NCBI GenBank assembly: GCA_018920185.1
Contig: JAHLMT010000001.1
Span: 9,875 to 73,874 of the forward strand
Length of the DNA: 64,000 bases
Reading direction: 5' to 3'
Origin: Candidatus Aenigmatarchaeota archaeon
GTDB taxonomy: Archaea; Aenigmatarchaeota; Aenigmatarchaeia; CG10238-14; SCSR01
The notes under the pieces were generated by a model. It saw only the letters and a program-made list of their open reading frames with translations. It was not told the DNA's origin and did no database searches. Shown piece by piece: positions 59,420-64,000 of the stretch (the first letter of the stretch is position 1; the number at the start of each line of letters is the position of its first letter). Both the position numbers and the translations under genes were made by a program.

Positions 59420-61132
59420 ATGTATTTTATGGAGTATTCTATACTTGTCGATAGATACGAGAAGTTGGAATCTGTATCTTCTAAGTTAGCTAAGACAAAT
59501 ATCATTGCACAATTCTTGAAAGAGGTACCTACTAATGAATTATCAAAGATTGTTCTTTTGCTACAAGGAAGAGTCTTCCCTTCTTATTCAGAATATGAGC
59601 TAGGTATAGCAACACAAATGATGATCAAAGCAATATCGAAGGCTACAGGATTATCTACATCCCAAGTTGAAGAAAGATTAAAGAAAACTGGTGATTTGGG
59701 GTTGACAGCTGAACAATGTGTACAATCAAGAAAACAAGTTAGTTTATTAAAAAAGAAATTAACAGTAGATCATGTTTTTGAAAATTTACAGAAATTGGCA
59801 ACAATTACAGGTGAGGGGTCTCAAGATAAAAAATTGAATTTGATATCAGAACTGATAATTTCAGCACAACCAAAAGAAGCAAGGTATATTGTTAGAACTA
59901 TTCTAGGTGAATTGCGCGTAGGTGCGGCAGAAGGAATTATTAGGGACGCGATAGTTAATGCTTTCCTAGTTGATGAGAAATCAACAAAAGAAGAAAAAGA
60001 AAAAGCTACTGAAATTGTAGAGAACGCATGGAGTTTACTTAATGATTATGGTGAAGTTGCTGAACTTGCAAAAGAAAAAGGAATTAAAGGATTAAAAAAA
60101 GTTGGTATCCAACTTGGTAAACCCATACAAGTAATGCTTGGCATAGCGGCAGAGAAAATCGAAGATGTTGTAAAAGAATTCGGCGAAGTAATAGCTGAAT
60201 ACAAGTACGATGGTATGAGAGTTGTGATTGAAAAGAAGGGAGGACAATTCTGGCTATTTACACGACGTCAGGAGGATGTGACAAAACAATTCCCTGATAT
60301 AGTTGAGCTTGCTAAAAAAGGTTTAAAAGCTGAAGAATGTATCGTTGAAGGTGAAGCAATTGGAATAGATACAAAAACAGGATACCCATTACCTTTTCAA
60401 ATTTTAAGTCAGAGAGTTCACAGGAAATACGGTATTGAGAAAATGGTTAAAGAAATCCCAGTTCAAGTAAATCTTTTCGACATACTATATGCTAACGGTA
60501 AATCGTTATTTAATAAACCATTGAAAGAAAGAAGAAAGGAACTTGAAAAGATACTTAATCCAATAAAAGGTAAATTCCAATTAGCTAAATACATAATTAC
60601 AAATGATGTCAAGAAATTAGAACAGTTCTACGAGGAAGCTCTAAAAGAACGACAGGAAGGATTGATGTTGAAAGTTCCTGATTCCGTTTATACTTTTGGA
60701 AGGCATGTTGGAACGATGTATAAAATCAAACCTATGATGGAAACTCTTGATCTTGCAATAGTTGGTGCTACATGGGGTGAGGGTGCTAGAGCTCGATTGC
60801 TGACAAGCTATATTTTAGCATGCAAAGATCCGGATACAGGAAAACTGTTAGAATGCGGCATGGTATCAACTGGATTAACTGAGGAGCAGTATATAGAGCT
60901 AACAAAATTACTTAAACCTTTAATCATAAAAGAAGAAGGAAGGACAGTATTTGTAAAGCCAAAAATCATAATTGAGGTCGGATATCAGGAAATACAAAAG
61001 TCACCTAATTACTCATCTGGAATGGCGCTTCGTTTTCCACGATATATTCGCAATCGTACCGCTGATAAATCAGAACCGGATACCTTAGACAGAGTTAAAT
61101 CACTTTTCAAATCTCAAGGTAAAGCTGGGTAG
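59420..61132 (+). CDS. lig: ATP-dependent DNA ligase
   Basis: 570 aa. Motif I KYDGMR (AEYKYDGMRV) and C-terminal OB domain motifs. Confidence 0.9.
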   Translation: MYFMEYSILVDRYEKLESVSSKLAKTNIIAQFLKEVPTNELSKIVLLLQGRVFPSYSEYELGIATQMMIKAISKATGLSTSQVEERLKKTGDLGLTAEQCVQSRKQVSLLKKKLTVDHVFENLQKLATITGEGSQDKKLNLISELIISAQPKEARYIVRTILGELRVGAAEGIIRDAIVNAFLVDEKSTKEEKEKATEIVENAWSLLNDYGEVAELAKEKGIKGLKKVGIQLGKPIQVMLGIAAEKIEDVVKEFGEVIAEYKYDGMRVVIEKKGGQFWLFTRRQEDVTKQFPDIVELAKKGLKAEECIVEGEAIGIDTKTGYPLPFQILSQRVHRKYGIEKMVKEIPVQVNLFDILYANGKSLFNKPLKERRKELEKILNPIKGKFQLAKYIITNDVKKLEQFYEEALKERQEGLMLKVPDSVYTFGRHVGTMYKIKPMMETLDLAIVGATWGEGARARLLTSYILACKDPDTGKLLECGMVSTGLTEEQYIELTKLLKPLIIKEEGRTVFVKPKIIIEVGYQEIQKSPNYSSGMALRFPRYIRNRTADKSEPDTLDRVKSLFKSQGKAG

Positions 61133-61246
61133 TTTTGAAAACCCGAGATTTGGAATTTATATATTCTTAAGTTTTCTCAATTGTTATCTTAGAGTAACAA
61201 TAACGTTTATAAATATGTAATTTAGATTTTATTTAAACGTGAGAAA

Positions 61247-62065
61247 ATGGCATTAGTTTCTCAAAAAGTAATGGATGCACTGAAAGGAATAGGTTTGAAT
61301 CTCTATGAACGAAAACTTTGGGTAGCTTTACTAGCAAGAGGCACGTCTACTGCAGGCGAATTATCAGAAATAGCTAATGTCCCACGATCAAGAAGTTATG
61401 ATGTTTTGCAGAGCTTAGCCGAAAAAGGATTTGTTGTCGTCCAAACAGCCAAACCATTGAGATATGTTGCAATACCTCCTGTTGAAGCATTAGACAGGGC
61501 TAAGAAGAAAATTGAAGAAGATATGAAAACAACTCTAGAAAGAATAGAAGATTTAAAATCGTCACCTTTAACAAAAGAATTAACTTCTATTTACACTCAA
61601 GGCTTAAACACGATTGCACCAGAAGAAATAACTGGAGCATTAAAAGGTAAATATTCTGTAATTCAACAGATGTCATCAATGTTCAAGAATGCTACAAAAA
61701 GAATTAACGTAGTTACTACACCAGAAGGGTTGGATGATTTGTTTGAAAACCATTATAATGATTTGAAACGTGCAGTTGAGCGTGGTGTGAAAATACAGAT
61801 AGCTGTCACTGGTTTGGAGAAATCTACAGAAGCCGTTAAAAACTTGAACAGTATAGCTGAGATAAGAGTGTTGAATAGCAAAGAGCTCCCAATAACTGGG
61901 AGATTTGCAATTGTTGACGGTAAAGAGATTGTTTTCTCATTAACAGATCATAAAGTTCATGAGACGCAACATATGGCATTCTGGAGCAAGAGTGAGCATG
62001 CTGCAACGAGTTTGTTAGAACCTTTGTTTAAAGTTGTGTGGGGCAATTCTAAAGCTGTGAATTAG
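61247..62065 (+). CDS. TrmB-family transcriptional regulator
   Basis: 272 aa. N-terminal wHTH (LYERKLWVALLARGTSTAGELSEIANVPRSRSYDVLQSLAEKGFV) plus C-terminal effector-like domain. Confidence 0.6.
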   Translation: MALVSQKVMDALKGIGLNLYERKLWVALLARGTSTAGELSEIANVPRSRSYDVLQSLAEKGFVVVQTAKPLRYVAIPPVEALDRAKKKIEEDMKTTLERIEDLKSSPLTKELTSIYTQGLNTIAPEEITGALKGKYSVIQQMSSMFKNATKRINVVTTPEGLDDLFENHYNDLKRAVERGVKIQIAVTGLEKSTEAVKNLNSIAEIRVLNSKELPITGRFAIVDGKEIVFSLTDHKVHETQHMAFWSKSEHAATSLLEPLFKVVWGNSKAVN

Positions 62066-62066
62066 T

Positions 62067-63746
62067 TTATTTAAATTGTTTTATTTCTTCATTTAATTGT
62101 TTTATAAAATCTTCTAATTTTATATTATAGTTTACTATGCCGTCTCTTGTTCTAATTGTAACAGTTCTATTTTCTTCTTCCTTTTTTCCAACAATCAACA
62201 TATAAGGAATTTTCTGTAGCTGAGCATTTCTTATTTTATATTCAAGAGTTGCATTCTCGCTGTCAAGTTCAACTCGTATATTATTTTCTTTCAACCTTTT
62301 CACAATTTCTTCAGCATATTCCACATTCTCATCAGATATTGATAAAATTCTAACTTGTATAGGAGATAGCCAGAGAGGGAATTTACCTTGATAGTGTTCG
62401 ACAAGAATACCGATAAATCTTTCTAAACTTCCGTATATTGCACGATGAATTATTACAGGTCTATGCGGCTTTCCTCTTTCGTCTATGTAATTAATATCAA
62501 ACCTTTCTGGCATTTGAAAATCTATTTGGACTGTAGCTAATTGCCACTTCCTATCTAGAGAGTCTTTTATATGAAAATCTATTTTCGGTCCGTAAAATGC
62601 ACCTTCGCCAGGATTAATTTTAAATTCAATTTCCCTCTTTTTTAAAGCTTCTTTTAGTGCAGATTCGGCTCTATCCCAGATCTCTAGTTCACCCATATAG
62701 TTTTCAGGTCTTGTTGATAACTCGACAGTATAGGGAAAGCTGAAAGTTTTGTAGAAATAATCCACCAAATTAATCACATTTAATAATTCTTCTTCTAACT
62801 GTTCTGGAGTAACAAAAATATGCGCGTCATCTTGTGTCAGAGCTCTAACACGAAGCAAACCGGATAAAACACCACTCAATTCATTTCTATGAACTAAACC
62901 AAATTCAGCCAATCTCATTGGTAAATCTTTGTAGCTTCGTGTTTTAGTTTTAAAAATTAAAATAGCTCCTGGACAATTCATAGGTTTAATGGCAAATTCC
63001 CTACCCTCTAGTTCTGTGAAAAACATCAGATCTTTGTAATGCTCAGCATGTCCACTAATTTCCCACAGAGTTTTATCCAAAAGTAAAGGAGTGCTGACTT
63101 CCTGATAGCCACGTTCAAGTTGAACTTTTCTGGAGAATTCTTCTAATATGTTTCTTAGAATCATTCCTTTGTGATGAAAGAAAACCATTCCTGGTCCAAC
63201 TTCATGAAAGCTGTATAAATCTAATTGTTGTCCGATAATTCTATGATCGTGCTCGCTTAATTTTTCTTTTTCTAAAACCGGCCTTTTACCTAAACGCTTA
63301 GTGATTTCTTTCACATCAATTTTTTCCCCTTCAGCTTCTGGTGTGTATATCTTTGCAGTTTCAGCTAAAGGATGACCTTTAATTTTCAGACTGTATTGTT
63401 TTGTCCATCCGAAAGGTGCTCTATACGTTTGTATGCCTAGATTTTTTGTCTGCCTTTCCAATTCTTTTATTATTTCCAGAGCATCAGAAGGATTGGCCAA
63501 ATCTCTACTTAAATGAGCAAAGGGATATATCAAAACTTCGTTTATTTTTAATTTCTCCAGATATTGTTTCAGGTCTTTAACAACTCTTTTAACCATTTCC
63601 TTATTATCATTTTTTTCCACACATGTGAACAGAACTACAATATTTTCGAATCTTGTTAATTTTTTTTCTGTAGGTTCAGCAAGTTCAATTTCTTTCTCTA
63701 TTGGTTGGTATTCAATGAATTCGGCATGATGTTGTAAAATCCTCAT
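62067..63746 (-). CDS. thrS: Threonyl-tRNA synthetase (archaeal type)
   Basis: 559 aa. Class II motifs and C-terminal anticodon-binding domain; archaeal-type N-terminal editing region. Confidence 0.85.
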   Translation of the reverse strand: MRILQHHAEFIEYQPIEKEIELAEPTEKKLTRFENIVVLFTCVEKNDNKEMVKRVVKDLKQYLEKLKINEVLIYPFAHLSRDLANPSDALEIIKELERQTKNLGIQTYRAPFGWTKQYSLKIKGHPLAETAKIYTPEAEGEKIDVKEITKRLGKRPVLEKEKLSEHDHRIIGQQLDLYSFHEVGPGMVFFHHKGMILRNILEEFSRKVQLERGYQEVSTPLLLDKTLWEISGHAEHYKDLMFFTELEGREFAIKPMNCPGAILIFKTKTRSYKDLPMRLAEFGLVHRNELSGVLSGLLRVRALTQDDAHIFVTPEQLEEELLNVINLVDYFYKTFSFPYTVELSTRPENYMGELEIWDRAESALKEALKKREIEFKINPGEGAFYGPKIDFHIKDSLDRKWQLATVQIDFQMPERFDINYIDERGKPHRPVIIHRAIYGSLERFIGILVEHYQGKFPLWLSPIQVRILSISDENVEYAEEIVKRLKENNIRVELDSENATLEYKIRNAQLQKIPYMLIVGKKEEENRTVTIRTRDGIVNYNIKLEDFIKQLNEEIKQFK

Positions 63747-64000
63747 GTTATCGTTTCTTCTTTTTTCAATCCTAATAATTTTGTTATATTTATTTTATGT
63801 CTTACTTTTGGGTGTTCATAAAAATAAAAAGCTCTAACTAATCTTGCTGATACGCCAAGAAACCTAAAAAGTTCGGCAAACCTTGCTATTCTGGTTTCAT
63901 TCACAAGAGTTATTACGTACCTACCTAGAATTACAGTTGTCCCAGAAGATAGCGTTGAGATACGATAAAATCTCTCGATTAATCTAAAAACTAGGAAAAA

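Noticed and set aside
63747-64000. Possible partial gene at the window end
   Set aside because: No ORF of meaningful length is readable in the last 250 bp on either strand. It is left unannotated.

Overview
This window looks like AT-rich (about 30% GC) archaeal chromosome. It has split rpoA (A'/A'') and split rpoB (B''/B') genes, FtsZ, Nop5/fibrillarin, Kae1 and Hel308. Four intron-containing tRNAs are present. Together these point to a small-genome archaeon, possibly DPANN-like, but the lineage cannot be assigned from sequence alone.

The core content is typical archaeal information-processing blocks:
- The full str/RNAP cluster on the minus strand at 42.5-56.2 kb: rpoH, rpoB'', rpoB', rpoA', rpoA'', L30e, nusA, S12, S7, EF-2, EF-1alpha, S10.
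- L12/P1-P0-L1, then S13-S4-S11-rpoD.
- SecE, Spt5 and an L11-like gene.
- L7Ae-S28e-L24e.
- GluRS, ThrRS, an ATP-dependent DNA ligase and MetAP.

Between the core blocks lie accessory or decaying regions:
- A tRNA-integrated element remnant at 21.8-23.05 kb, bounded by an 18-bp direct repeat of the tRNA 3' end. It carries an HNH endonuclease ORF interrupted by an in-frame TGA.
- A likely mobile-element remnant at 29.8-32.4 kb with a tyrosine recombinase, a Cas4-like nuclease ORF that lacks a start codon, and a VapBC pair next to it.
- An AT-rich repeat-bearing intergenic region at 34.7-35.2 kb.
- A microsatellite-flanked, GC-richer winged-helix cassette at 35.2-36.5 kb.
- A GC-rich (about 50%) pseudogene island at 36.5-38.3 kb. 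It holds a frameshifted nucleoside 2-deoxyribosyltransferase and a bacterial-type cytidylate kinase fragment that also has an in-frame TGA.

No CRISPR array or rRNA gene was seen. All calls are made by eye from sequence and motif recognition; nothing was searched against databases.
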